Assembly: GCA_003193925.1 (NCBI GenBank)
Contig: PSPG01000012.1
Coordinates: 1-64,000 of the forward strand
Direction: 5' to 3'
From: Candidatus Thalassarchaeum betae
GTDB lineage: Archaea > Thermoplasmatota > Poseidoniia > Poseidoniales > Thalassarchaeaceae
DNA: 64,000 nucleotides
Shown here in pieces: positions 8,691 to 18,676 of the stretch (positions are counted from its first letter, which is position 1; the number at the start of each line of letters is the position of its first letter). A model generated the notes under the pieces. The model was not told where the DNA came from. It worked only from the letters and a program-made list of their open reading frames with translations, and did no database searches. The position numbers were made by a program, and so were the translations under genes.

Positions 8691-10846
8691 TGGCTTCCGG
8701 TGTTCGCGCCGGTTCCGTGTCTGTGCGCCCTGACCCCGAGCCCTGCCGAGCGCAGGACCTAGGCCTGTTCGAGGTAGTCACCCGTGACGGCGCTGCTAGA
8801 ATCGGGCGTCTGCACACCCTCCACGGTTCTATCAACACCCCGATGCTGCTCCCGGTAGTCAACCCCAACCTGCGCACCATCGAGCCCCGGGAGATGTGGG
8901 ACAGGTACGGCGTCGAGGCGCTCATCACCAACTCCTACGTGATCTGGAAGCACGACGAGCTGCGCGGGCAGGCGCTGGCCGACGGCATCCACGCCCTGCT
9001 CGACTTCCCCGGAGTCGTGGTGTCCGACTCCGGCACCTTCCAATCCTATGTCTACGGCGACGTCGAGGTCGGAGCCGAGGAGATCGTCGCCTTCCAGCGC
9101 GACATCGGCGTCGACATCGGTACCATGCTCGATGTCTTCGGCCGACCCGACATGAGCCGAGCCGAGCTCGAGCACTCGGTCGAGGAGACCGCTGCGAGAG
9201 CCGAGCAGTCGCTCGATACCGCCGGCGATGGGCTCCTGCTCAACGGTCCGGTACAAGGCGGCCTGTACGACGATCTGAGGGCGGCGGCGGGCAGTCTGAT
9301 GAGCTCTGCATCTGGCGAGCACCGCGGCTTTGCAGTCCACCCCATCGGAGGCATCGTCCCGCTGATGGAGAGGCAGCGCTACCGGGCGCTGTTCCGCATC
9401 CTGCTCGCCGCGAGATCGACCATCCCCCCCGACCGCCCCATCCACCTGTTCGGCTGCGGCCACCCGCTGCTGTTCCCGATGGCCATCGCATTGGGTGCCG
9501 ATCTGTTCGACAGCGCGGCCTACGCAATCTTCGCCCGCGACGACCGTCTGCTCACCCCGACGGGCACGGTCAAGTTGGCCGATGTCCGCGAGTGGCCGGC
9601 CCACAGCGCCGCGCTGTTCGGCCACACCCCCCACGAGGTCATGGCCATGGACTCCGATGAGCGCTCGACGCTGCTCGCGCACCACAACCTCGAGGTCACC
9701 CAGGCCGAGCTGGCTCGCTGCCGCGAGGCGATCCGCAACGGTACCATCTGGCAGCTTGCCGAGCAGCGCAGCCACTCCTCGCCGCAGTTGCGCGACGCCT
9801 TCCTTTGGGTGCTCGAGCAGCTGTACGAACTGGCCGATGACCCGGTAGGTGTGACGACACTCAACCTCATGGCCTCGACCAACCCGGTCAGGAGCGGCGG
9901 CGAGCACCTCAGCGACGATGTCGGCATGAGGCCGCACATACTGCATCTCCACGCCCTGCTGTCAATGCGCTGGAGGGTACCCGGTTCGTGGTGGGACGGC
10001 TCCGAGGAGGGCCCTGTGAGAGTCGTCCTAGTCGAAGGCGCAGCGCCGCCGTGGCGCGATTCCGCTCTAGGTGCTGTTGTCTCGGCACTCGTCGAGGAGC
10101 CGAGGAGCGTGGTGATGGTCTCGACCCCGCTCGGACCCATCCCGTTCAGTCTCGAGGATCTCTCTCCGTGGTGCCACCTCGAGGGGCCCGACGACATCTG
10201 GATGGAGGCCTACGACAATGACGAGATCACCGAGGGTCTCGAGGGGCTTGGCCTCGATGGACTCCCTCTCGTCCGCATCGCCCCCTCGTCCGACTCCGAG
10301 CACGAGCAGACCACAACGGTCCGTGCCTGGCTTGACCGCTGCGCGGTGGTCGACAAACTGGCCGTGCTCTGCGGCGTCAGCCCGATTGACGGCTGCATGC
10401 TGACCGACGGCATGAGCAGCCGCCGCTCACGCACCGACCGGATGGTCAACGTCCACTCGGGCGGCGAGCACATCCTCTCTCCGCGCCTCACAGACGGCGG
10501 CCTCACCCTTGCGCTCGACGGTGCGCGACGGCTCAACGCGCTGGATCCGAACCCCCCCACTGCTTTCGACGAGCCGATTGACGACGAAGGCTCGGACCAC
10601 CCGGGAATCCCCCGTGTGTGGCTGCTCGACGACGCCATCCCGTTCGTCGGACAGGGCCGCAACGTCATGCAGGGCTACGTGCTCGGCGCAGACCCCCACC
10701 TGACTTGCGGGCAGCCCTGCCTCGTGGTCGACGGAAACGGCGGACTAGTCGCCCACGGCATAGCGGTCACCACCGCACTGGAGATGGCGCACCTCAAGAA
10801 GGGAATAGCGGTGAGGGTCCGTGACGGGGCCCTGAAGGACCCCTGA
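8690..10846 (+). CDS. tgtA: Archaeosine tRNA-guanine(15) transglycosylase with C-terminal PUA domain
   Basis: RDGAARIGRL, TPMLLPVVNP, ITNSYVI, SDSGTFQ, HLFGCGHP, GADLFDSAAY; PUA-like C-terminus (PFVGQGRNV..GIAVRVRDG). Start overlaps the AcnX stop (TGATG). Confidence 0.92.
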   Translation: MASGVRAGSVSVRPDPEPCRAQDLGLFEVVTRDGAARIGRLHTLHGSINTPMLLPVVNPNLRTIEPREMWDRYGVEALITNSYVIWKHDELRGQALADGIHALLDFPGVVVSDSGTFQSYVYGDVEVGAEEIVAFQRDIGVDIGTMLDVFGRPDMSRAELEHSVEETAARAEQSLDTAGDGLLLNGPVQGGLYDDLRAAAGSLMSSASGEHRGFAVHPIGGIVPLMERQRYRALFRILLAARSTIPPDRPIHLFGCGHPLLFPMAIALGADLFDSAAYAIFARDDRLLTPTGTVKLADVREWPAHSAALFGHTPHEVMAMDSDERSTLLAHHNLEVTQAELARCREAIRNGTIWQLAEQRSHSSPQLRDAFLWVLEQLYELADDPVGVTTLNLMASTNPVRSGGEHLSDDVGMRPHILHLHALLSMRWRVPGSWWDGSEEGPVRVVLVEGAAPPWRDSALGAVVSALVEEPRSVVMVSTPLGPIPFSLEDLSPWCHLEGPDDIWMEAYDNDEITEGLEGLGLDGLPLVRIAPSSDSEHEQTTTVRAWLDRCAVVDKLAVLCGVSPIDGCMLTDGMSSRRSRTDRMVNVHSGGEHILSPRLTDGGLTLALDGARRLNALDPNPPTAFDEPIDDEGSDHPGIPRVWLLDDAIPFVGQGRNVMQGYVLGADPHLTCGQPCLVVDGNGGLVAHGIAVTTALEMAHLKKGIAVRVRDGALKDP

Positions 10847-10935
10847 GGCTCACCTCCTCGCCCCGACCGGGGATTAGTTCAAGTGGCGCACTTACTAGTG
10901 GAGTTCGACTCCCCTCAGGGAGTCGAGGTTGTAAA

Positions 10936-11934
10936 ATGGGCCGAGAATGGGACGGCGGACCGGTCATCACGGCGCGCAATCTGCGCAAGATGTACGGCCC
11001 CCACCTCGCCCTGGACGACATCAACCTCGAGATTCCTCCGGGAGCAGTCGGCATCCTCGGTCCGAATGGCGCCGGCAAGTCGACCCTGTTCAAGTGCCTT
11101 CTCGGTCTGATTAAGACGACCTCGGGCGATGGCACCGTCCTCGGTTACGACATCAGGACCGAGGGCGACATGATCCGCTCCCGGATCGGCTACATGCCGG
11201 AGTACGACGCCCTCGACCCCGGGCTGGCCGCTGTCGACCAGGTCCGCTACGCCGGCGAGCTGCTTGGGATGAACCCGGCCCACGCCACACGCAGGGCCCA
11301 TGAGGTCCTCGAGTATGTCGGGCTGAAGGACCAGCGCTACAGGAAGATAGAGACCTTCAGCACCGGTATGAAGCAGGCCACCAAGCTGGCCTGCGCCCTA
11401 ATCCACGACCCTGAGATCCTGATTTGCGACGAGCCGACCAACGGCCTCGACCAGAGGGCCCGCGAGTTCATGCTCCAGACTCTGAGGCGCACTGTCTCCG
11501 AGGGAGGGCGCTCGGTCCTGATGAGCAGCCACGTCATGGACGACATCCAGGACGTCTGTGACCGCATCGTGATGATCCACAAGGGCAAGATCGTGGTACA
11601 GCGACGTATCGAGGACCTCGCCAAGCAGGTCGAGCGCGAAATCGAGATATCGGTCTGGGGAGGCGCCAGCCGAATGCAGGCGGCGCTCGAGGGCCGCGGC
11701 TTCGAGGTCCGCAGGCTCGGCCGGGTGCTGCGCGTCGACCGCGTCGACGACAGCACCACCTTCTCCATCCTCGAGGCTGCCGTCGAGGCCGGTGTCCAAG
11801 TCAGGCAGATGCAGGAGTACGAGCCCGACCTCGAGGACATCTTCCTGCTGATCATGGACAGGCTCGGGGCCAAGGTCAGGGGGACCTCGGAGCTGATGAC
11901 CGAGGAACACACCGGAGGTGGGCCGCTTGAGTGA
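10936..11934 (+). CDS. ABC transporter ATP-binding protein
   Basis: GPNGAGKST, FSTGMKQ, ILICDEP, SSH switch. Confidence 0.92.
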   Translation: MGREWDGGPVITARNLRKMYGPHLALDDINLEIPPGAVGILGPNGAGKSTLFKCLLGLIKTTSGDGTVLGYDIRTEGDMIRSRIGYMPEYDALDPGLAAVDQVRYAGELLGMNPAHATRRAHEVLEYVGLKDQRYRKIETFSTGMKQATKLACALIHDPEILICDEPTNGLDQRAREFMLQTLRRTVSEGGRSVLMSSHVMDDIQDVCDRIVMIHKGKIVVQRRIEDLAKQVEREIEISVWGGASRMQAALEGRGFEVRRLGRVLRVDRVDDSTTFSILEAAVEAGVQVRQMQEYEPDLEDIFLLIMDRLGAKVRGTSELMTEEHTGGGPLE

Positions 11935-12943
11935 CGACGGAATCGACATCGGCGGCGGCAAGACCCGCATGGAGGTCGCGTACGGCTCCGGTGACGGCGA
12001 CGAGGAGGCTCAGGCCACCGTCGCGAAGAGGGAGGCCACGCTCGGGGCGATCTTCGAGCAGTCCTACCGGCCCTGGGAAGGCGAGTTGGGTCCGAGGTGG
12101 GTGCGGAACTACGCCATCTTCAGGCATCACGTCTACGGCCTCTTCCGAGGCACCGGACACCGGCACTACCACCCGATGGTGAAGCTGATCATCCTCGTCA
12201 TACTGCTGTTCTCGCTAATGCCCATACTGATGCTCTTCCTCGCCTCGCTCTCCGGCGGGGGGGAGATGGCCGACTTCTTCGGCAGGATGTGGGGGATAAA
12301 CCGCTACAACCTGTGGGGCCAAGTGCTCGGGTACTTCCCTAGGAACCTGTGTTGCTGGCCCCTTCTGACGGCCTTGGTGGTCGGCGGGATGATCTCCGAC
12401 GACCGCAGGAACGGCACCAGCGCCATCTACTTCTCGAGGCCGGTGACGAGACTCGACTACACCGCGATGAAGTACCTCAGCGTCGCTGTCGTGCTGGGCT
12501 TCGTCATCGTGCTCTCGTACTTCGCCTACTACACCTCGGCCATCATCTTCAACGCCGAGGGATGGGCCTACCTAATCGACACCCTGCCCATCTTCCTAGG
12601 AGGATTGTTTGCAGGCATCCTCGTGGTCATCACCTACACCTCGATCGGACTCGCCCTGTCGAGCATCAGCCAGAGCCGCTTCTTCGCAGCCATTGCCTTC
12701 CTCAGCCTGATCTACGGCACCAAGCTGCTCGCTCTGCTGGTCGACACCCAGTTTGATTCCTCTATCCTGTACATCCTCAGCCCCTACGACTGCCTCGCCC
12801 ACATCGGGCAGTGGCTGCTCGGCATAGAGTCGAACTACGAACATCCGCTATCCTTCTCGATAGTATCGATACTGGCGGTGAACGCCGCCTCCATCGGGCT
12901 GCTCGCAGCACGCGTAAGCTCTCTGGAGGTGACTAGGGAATGA
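11918..12943 (+). CDS. ABC-2 type permease
   Basis: About 6 TMs, ISDDRRNGTSAIYFSRPVTRLDY..KY motif; overlaps the flanking ATPase genes. Confidence 0.85.
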   Translation: MGRLSDDGIDIGGGKTRMEVAYGSGDGDEEAQATVAKREATLGAIFEQSYRPWEGELGPRWVRNYAIFRHHVYGLFRGTGHRHYHPMVKLIILVILLFSLMPILMLFLASLSGGGEMADFFGRMWGINRYNLWGQVLGYFPRNLCCWPLLTALVVGGMISDDRRNGTSAIYFSRPVTRLDYTAMKYLSVAVVLGFVIVLSYFAYYTSAIIFNAEGWAYLIDTLPIFLGGLFAGILVVITYTSIGLALSSISQSRFFAAIAFLSLIYGTKLLALLVDTQFDSSILYILSPYDCLAHIGQWLLGIESNYEHPLSFSIVSILAVNAASIGLLAARVSSLEVTRE

Positions 12944-13881
12944 GCGAGGCGAAGACGCCCGCCGTCTTGGTCGACCAAGTCTCTAAGTGGTACGGACAGG
13001 TCATCGGTCTCAACGACGTCTCTCTCGCCATCGATGGCGGCGTGACTGGTGTGCTCGGCCCCAACGGAGCCGGCAAATCGACCCTGTTCAAGCTCCTGAT
13101 GGGCCGGCTGAGGCCGAGCCAGGGCAGCGTCCGGCTGTTCGGCATCGACCCGTGGTCCAACGCCGCCCCATATCGCAGGGTCGGCTACGTCAGCGAGTCC
13201 GAGAGGATGTACGACTGGATGACCGGGCTCGACTTCGTCACCACTCTGGCAAGGCTCCACGGCATGACTCGCGAGGAGGCCACGGCCAGAGCCGAGCACG
13301 TGCTCGACTTCGTCGGCCTCGCCGATGTCCAGAACAAGGAGCTAGGCAAGTACAGCAAGGGCATGAGGCAGCGCGTCAAGATAGCCCACGCACTAGTCCA
13401 CGACCCCGATCTCATCATCCTCGACGAGCCGCTGCAAGGCTGCGATCCGATAGCCCGGACCAGCATCATGAGCGTCATCCGCGAGCTTGGCTCGCAGGGC
13501 AAGACCGTGCTGATCTCGAGCCACATCCTCGAGGAGATAGAGCGCATCACCGAGCAGATCGTCATACTGCACAACGGTAGGCTGCTCGCCCTCGGGAACC
13601 TGCATGCCATCAGGGGACTGCTCGACAAGCACCCCCATAGGATACTGCTGACATGCGATGACCCTCGCAGACTCGCCTCCGAGTTCATCGCCGAGGACCC
13701 GGTCTACGGTGTGAGCTTCCCTGAAGAGGGCCAGTTGGAGATCCAGACCAACAACCTCTCTGAGGCTCATTCCATCCTGCCCCGTGTCATTGTCAATTCA
13801 GGGACCAACGTGACCTCGATTGAGAACCCTGACGACAACCTCGAGTCCCTGCTGGGCTACCTCGTGGGAGGTGATTCGTGA
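12940..13881 (+). CDS. ABC transporter ATP-binding protein
   Basis: GPNGAGKST, YSKGMRQ, IILDEP, SSH. Confidence 0.92.
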   Translation: MSEAKTPAVLVDQVSKWYGQVIGLNDVSLAIDGGVTGVLGPNGAGKSTLFKLLMGRLRPSQGSVRLFGIDPWSNAAPYRRVGYVSESERMYDWMTGLDFVTTLARLHGMTREEATARAEHVLDFVGLADVQNKELGKYSKGMRQRVKIAHALVHDPDLIILDEPLQGCDPIARTSIMSVIRELGSQGKTVLISSHILEEIERITEQIVILHNGRLLALGNLHAIRGLLDKHPHRILLTCDDPRRLASEFIAEDPVYGVSFPEEGQLEIQTNNLSEAHSILPRVIVNSGTNVTSIENPDDNLESLLGYLVGGDS

Positions 13882-15491
13882 TGGATGAGAAGGGTCGGGC
13901 GCTGAGCGAGACGGTGTGGACCCGCCTCGACCGCAAGGCCGGAGCGATAACAGAATTCACCGTCAGGCAGCTCAGGCACCGCATCTCGACATGGGTGGTG
14001 CTCTCCGTCGGCGTCCTCGTGATGGCACTGCTGCTGGCTTTCTACATCGACGGCATCAGGGATGGCTTCGAGCCGTTCGACAACGACGGCGATTCAGAAG
14101 ACTGGGACAAAGACGGATACCCTAGAGGCCAGGAGGATAAGTTCGGAACCAGTGACTGGGACGGCACCGAGTACCCCGGCTCCGGCTACTACGAGGTAGA
14201 CGGCGATATAGACTGGAACGACGAGGCAAGATTCCACTCTGGCAACCACACTTGGCAGGGTGAGGGCTACTTCGAGGCCGATTGGCTAGACACCGACTAC
14301 TCCGGCAGCCGCTGGTCGGGCATCGTCGACTGGGGGGACGTGGAGCCTTGCCCCGAAGGGCAAATCTTCGACGAGTGGTGGCCGAATTGGGGCGAGGCCT
14401 GCACCTACGACGATGGCTCCTACTTCGTCAGTGGGAAATTCAAGGCCTCCGGGTCCGTAAACGTCCCCGAGAACTACTACATGGAGTGGGGGCACATCAC
14501 CGACGAGTACTACGTCGAACCGGACCCGGCTTCGATGTACATCGACGAGGATGGCATCCTGTGGGACGGCAGGGACGTCTCCGAGATCGGCACCGAGATC
14601 GACGACGACGGCGACTGCTTGCTGTTGATGAATGACGACAACAACAACGGCATCCCTTGCGACGTCATATGGGTGCTAGACGCGGATGGCGATGAGATTG
14701 TCGAGATCAGAGCCGACTACCTTGTGAATGAGGACCCCGCGGAGAGCGAGTACGTCGGCGAGTCGTCGCACAGGACCTTCATCATCGGGACCGGCAAGAT
14801 GGCTTTCGTGATGCTGCTCGGAATCTTTATCCCGCTGTTCCTCGCTCTTGGCCTCGTCAGGGACGAGACCGAGAACGGTACGCTGCACTACCTGCTCTCG
14901 AAGCCGATCCACCGTGCCGAGTTCATCCTCTACCGGTTACTCGGCTACTTACTGCTGGCAGGCACCTACATCCTCGTATTGGTGCTACTGATGGCGCTGA
15001 TAACCTCGCTCATAGGACCGGGCGAGAGCCTGATCCGGCTGTCCGACTTCCCCGTGTGGCTGGGCATTGGCCTGGCTACCGTGCTCGTCTTAGCCGCTTA
15101 CGGGGCGCTGTACAACACATTGGGCATGGTATTCCCCAAGTACGGCGTCTACATGTGCATAGTGATCGGCGTCTGGGAGTTCGTCATGGGGATGTTCACG
15201 ATGACTCTGCCTTCGGCAACGGTGCCGATGCTCTCGATATCCCACTGGGCCTTGCAGATGATCGATGCCATCGTTCTCATCGCGTGGCCCAACACCCTGC
15301 AGTACTCGCAGATGGCCGAGGCCTTCGGCTTCGACTCCCCTCTCCCGTTCTTCTGGCAGCCTCCGGTCCACACGCTCGAGACCCAGAGCCCGGTGGTGGC
15401 CCTCATCGTCAGCATGGTAGTCCTGATGGCAGTCACCCTAGGCATGATAGTCATCGGTCAGTCCAGTTTCAAGAATCGGGAGATAATGTGA
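13878..15491 (+). CDS. ABC-2 type permease with large acidic extracytoplasmic insertion
   Basis: TM1, then an about 240-aa Asp/Glu/Trp/Tyr-rich loop with DxDGD-type motifs, then RDETENGTLHYLLSKPIHRAEF and further TMs. Confidence 0.85.
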   Translation: MMDEKGRALSETVWTRLDRKAGAITEFTVRQLRHRISTWVVLSVGVLVMALLLAFYIDGIRDGFEPFDNDGDSEDWDKDGYPRGQEDKFGTSDWDGTEYPGSGYYEVDGDIDWNDEARFHSGNHTWQGEGYFEADWLDTDYSGSRWSGIVDWGDVEPCPEGQIFDEWWPNWGEACTYDDGSYFVSGKFKASGSVNVPENYYMEWGHITDEYYVEPDPASMYIDEDGILWDGRDVSEIGTEIDDDGDCLLLMNDDNNNGIPCDVIWVLDADGDEIVEIRADYLVNEDPAESEYVGESSHRTFIIGTGKMAFVMLLGIFIPLFLALGLVRDETENGTLHYLLSKPIHRAEFILYRLLGYLLLAGTYILVLVLLMALITSLIGPGESLIRLSDFPVWLGIGLATVLVLAAYGALYNTLGMVFPKYGVYMCIVIGVWEFVMGMFTMTLPSATVPMLSISHWALQMIDAIVLIAWPNTLQYSQMAEAFGFDSPLPFFWQPPVHTLETQSPVVALIVSMVVLMAVTLGMIVIGQSSFKNREIM

Positions 15492-15501
15492 GGGCCGCTC
15501 C

Positions 15502-16686
15502 GTGAAGAACTTCCTAGGTGACCTGTCTTCGCTCTGGCGGCTCGACACATTGCCGGCCATCCCCCGCCTGTCTTGGTGGTGGTACTGGGCCATCATGTAC
15601 GTGCCTGACCCGGACAACCCGGCGCGCTCGCGCCAGCTGATGATCCTGTGGTCGACCAAGGAGACGTCAGCGATTCGCGTCAGCGGGCACTGGTGGAGGC
15701 CCGGCTCGCGCATGTCCACCGACGAGCACGGTGGGCTCGTCGTCCCCGGGATGGTCTGCGCGTGGTGGTACGACGGCAAGCGCATGTTCGAGCCCCTTGT
15801 GCTCAAGGAGTGCAGGATGGCCGTTGTGGACGACAACCACCCCCTCTGGCCCGGCGAGGGCACTGGCACGGGCGCGGGCGCGCTGGTTCCGTTACTCGAC
15901 GAGGACTTCTCGTTGGGGATGCGCCCGGGCAACGAGAGCATCTGGCTGTGCCTGACGAGCGATGCCGAGGCTCGCGCCGAGGGTGCTCCCATGTCCTTCG
16001 AGGCTGAGCTCACCCCTTGGTGGGGTCCACCCAGCACCCTGACCTACAAGAACAACGTCTACGGCTACGGGATGGGATACGACATCCTCAGGCTGCAGGG
16101 CACCAAACTCAAGCTCAAGGTTGACGACGAGGAGTTCGAGGGCACCGCATACTTCCAGAAGGTCCAGGTGCAGGCCCCCTCCTTCCCATGGTACTGGGGC
16201 ATGCTGCACTTCGACGACGGCTCCTACCTCGACTGGTTCATGCCACACAGCACCCCTGAAATGACCTCGATGGACGACACCCCTTGGCGTCGTCGCCACT
16301 TCTTCCGCACCCCTTCGATAGGGACCGGCATCTTCCACGACGCGATGCGCGGCAGGACGGAGAACTTCGCGCGTTGCGAGGTCGAGGTGGCCGAGCCTGA
16401 CGGCGAGGAGCCACTGAGGGACAATCAGGGCAACGCCCTGCCGAACTTCAGAATCAGGGTGTGGAACGGCCGCACGCAGATATCGATCGAGGCCCGGGCT
16501 TGCAGCCGGGCCCGCTGGACCTTCGACCAGCCCACGCGCGCGGGCATGGTCAGCCATCTGACGTACAACGAGTACCCACTGGAGATCGAGCGCATCGCGA
16601 TACTAGACGAGCAGGGCCTGCGCACCGCTGACGACTACGGGTGGATACACGGCAATGCCGAGCACACGTGGGGCATCCTTCATTGA
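15502..16686 (+). CDS. Trp-rich soluble protein, possibly tocopherol cyclase/CrtC/AttH-like fold
   Basis: WWWYW, AWWYDG, GTAYFQKV..PSFPWYWG and GNAEHTWG resemble tocopherol-cyclase-type motifs; the family call is tentative. Confidence 0.5.
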   Translation: MKNFLGDLSSLWRLDTLPAIPRLSWWWYWAIMYVPDPDNPARSRQLMILWSTKETSAIRVSGHWWRPGSRMSTDEHGGLVVPGMVCAWWYDGKRMFEPLVLKECRMAVVDDNHPLWPGEGTGTGAGALVPLLDEDFSLGMRPGNESIWLCLTSDAEARAEGAPMSFEAELTPWWGPPSTLTYKNNVYGYGMGYDILRLQGTKLKLKVDDEEFEGTAYFQKVQVQAPSFPWYWGMLHFDDGSYLDWFMPHSTPEMTSMDDTPWRRRHFFRTPSIGTGIFHDAMRGRTENFARCEVEVAEPDGEEPLRDNQGNALPNFRIRVWNGRTQISIEARACSRARWTFDQPTRAGMVSHLTYNEYPLEIERIAILDEQGLRTADDYGWIHGNAEHTWGILH

Positions 16687-16766
16687 GTCCGAAGCGAGCC
16701 CTGAGAGCCCGATCTCCGCACCGTTCTTAACGGTGGGGCCACCGAACGCGTCATCGAGGGAATGGA

Positions 16767-17315
16767 ATGAGCGAGGAGGACTTAGTCACCAGAGCAGCCC
16801 AGAATATCACACAGGGGGATTTCATGGGGGCGATGGCGCTTTTCGAGACCCATGTCGAGGCCAATCCGGACGATCCCGCGGGATACCACGGTTGGGCTGA
16901 GTCGGCGCTTTTCGAGATTCAGCAGAACGGCAACATCGACGACAGCGGGAAGGATCGGATCAACGAGGGACAGGTGGCCGCCTACTTCCGCAAGGCCTCG
17001 GGCCTGGCGCCCGACAACGCCGAGTACTTGGCCGCGTACGCCAGCGCACTGCTCGAGTTCGACCGCATTCCGATGGCTGTGCGCGAGTTCCAGAAGCTGC
17101 GCGACCTCGGCGCCTCAACCGAGGAGGTCGACGTCTCCTTCCACCTGTACGAGGCGGCTCGCGTGCTGATAGACGCCGTCGACCTCAAGACCGACCTCGA
17201 CAGAAGTCACCCCTTCGCCAAGCAGTATGTCCCGGTGGCCATCGAATTCGCCTTGCTCGGCCTTGGATTCCCATCGGCTGACGAGGCCGTTGAATACCTC
17301 GCCAAAGAGGAGTGA
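16767..17315 (+). CDS. TPR-repeat protein
   Basis: Helical repeats (GDFMGAMALFE..NPDDPAGYHGWA; YFRKASGLAPDNAEYLAAYASAL). Confidence 0.7.
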   Translation: MSEEDLVTRAAQNITQGDFMGAMALFETHVEANPDDPAGYHGWAESALFEIQQNGNIDDSGKDRINEGQVAAYFRKASGLAPDNAEYLAAYASALLEFDRIPMAVREFQKLRDLGASTEEVDVSFHLYEAARVLIDAVDLKTDLDRSHPFAKQYVPVAIEFALLGLGFPSADEAVEYLAKEE

Positions 17316-18205
17316 ACGGGGGGCCGTCCTTGGACAGCGTCCGCGTAGTGGTCGCTTTCGGTTACCATGGCGATGCTTTCCACGGCTCACAGGTCCAGCC
17401 CGGAATCAGGACCGTCGAAGGCTCCCTGAGACGGGCCTTGGAGAGGCTCGGATGGTGGAGCGAGGGCTGCTTGGAGATGTCCAGTCGCACCGATGCCGGT
17501 GTAAGCGTCAGGATGAACCTCGCCCGCATCGACCTACCCAGCTCGGTCTCCGAGTCGATCGAGGGTGGAAATCTGCTCAGGGCGGTGAACAACAACCTGC
17601 CTATCGGGATAGTGGTTTGGAAGGCGAGGATGGTCTCGCGGGGTACACGCATCCGACACTCTTACTCTAGGCACTACCTGTACCGCACGGAGGTCATTTC
17701 GGATTGGCCGCAGGAAGTGGATGTGAATCTGTTAAGCGAAGCCTGCTCTCTACTAGAGGGCCATCACGACTTCACCAACCTGTGCAGATTGGAGGAGGGG
17801 AAGGACCCGGTTAGGACCGTCGACGTGTGCGAGCCCTGGCTGTCTTCTGACGGTAGGGTGATCGGCATCTCGGTCAAGTCGCAGGCATTCCTCTGGAACC
17901 AAGTCCGCAGGATAGCCAGTGCCGTCTCCGGGGTGGCCTCAGGGAGGAACACGCTGGATGACATCCGCTCGGCCCTCGAGAAGCCCGAGGTCCCGCTCGA
18001 CCTCGGGCGCGCGCCCTCGGACGGGCTTATGCTGTGGTCGATAGAGAACGAGGAGTCCGAGGGCATGACCGATGGCGCGATGCCGGATACCAGTTGGTTC
18101 TCATTACCACCGAGAGACTCGCGCGAGCACACGCGATGGCTCGCTCTCGCGCGACTCGAAATGGCGACGCTGCTAGAGCGCGAGTGGCTGAAGCGACTCA
18201 ACTGA
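17312..18205 (+). CDS. truA: tRNA pseudouridine(38-40) synthase
   Basis: YHGDAFHGSQVQP..TVEG, SSRTDAGVS, GHHDFTN, AFLWNQVRRI. Confidence 0.9.
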   Translation: MNGGPSLDSVRVVVAFGYHGDAFHGSQVQPGIRTVEGSLRRALERLGWWSEGCLEMSSRTDAGVSVRMNLARIDLPSSVSESIEGGNLLRAVNNNLPIGIVVWKARMVSRGTRIRHSYSRHYLYRTEVISDWPQEVDVNLLSEACSLLEGHHDFTNLCRLEEGKDPVRTVDVCEPWLSSDGRVIGISVKSQAFLWNQVRRIASAVSGVASGRNTLDDIRSALEKPEVPLDLGRAPSDGLMLWSIENEESEGMTDGAMPDTSWFSLPPRDSREHTRWLALARLEMATLLEREWLKRLN

Positions 18206-18632
18206 GGCGAATCACGGCCTCGTCGCCGTCCTCGCAGGGCAGCGCCTCGCGCAGGAACGCTGGAGAAATCACCTCGGCGGTCTCGGTGTGGCGTGTCAGG
18301 TCCGGTATGAGGACGGCGCACTCAATCCACTCGTCTCCGCCTCTGGTTATCTCGGCCTTGAACGCGGTCGCGCCGCCGAACGAGCGCCCGTCCCGCTCGA
18401 AGCCGCGGATGCGGAGCGGCTCCGCGCCCTCTATCCTCTCCCCCTCGTCGAGACCAGACAAGACTCTCAGGCTTCTATAGTCAGCGAGGTTGTCTCCGTA
18501 CAACTCGATGTTGAGCGTGCCAGGCCAGGCACCTGCTCCTAGCACGGCCTTGAACTGGTTCTGGTAGTGAGGCTGGGCCATGAACACATGAGCACGTCCA
18601 AGACCGCTCGATACCACTCCGCGCAAGTGCAC
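18198..18632 (-). CDS. ribK: CTP-dependent riboflavin kinase
   Basis: GVVSSGLGRA..F, WPGTLNI, GFERDGRSFG, PDLTRH, EVISP.FLRE.L..DGD (DUF120-type). Start set at GTG 18632. Confidence 0.88.
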   Translation of the reverse strand: MHLRGVVSSGLGRAHVFMAQPHYQNQFKAVLGAGAWPGTLNIELYGDNLADYRSLRVLSGLDEGERIEGAEPLRIRGFERDGRSFGGATAFKAEITRGGDEWIECAVLIPDLTRHTETAEVISPAFLREALPCEDGDEAVIRLS

Positions 18633-18676
18633 GGGACTGCCCTGCGACGAACCCTCATAATGTTCGGCATTGTGAA

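Noticed and set aside
7020-9952. Long antisense/alternate-frame ORFs (e.g. 7020-8261, 8759-9952; also 2831-3892, 39226-40443)
   Set aside because: They are shadow ORFs of high-GC3 genes, overlap well-supported CDS fully and contain no motifs.
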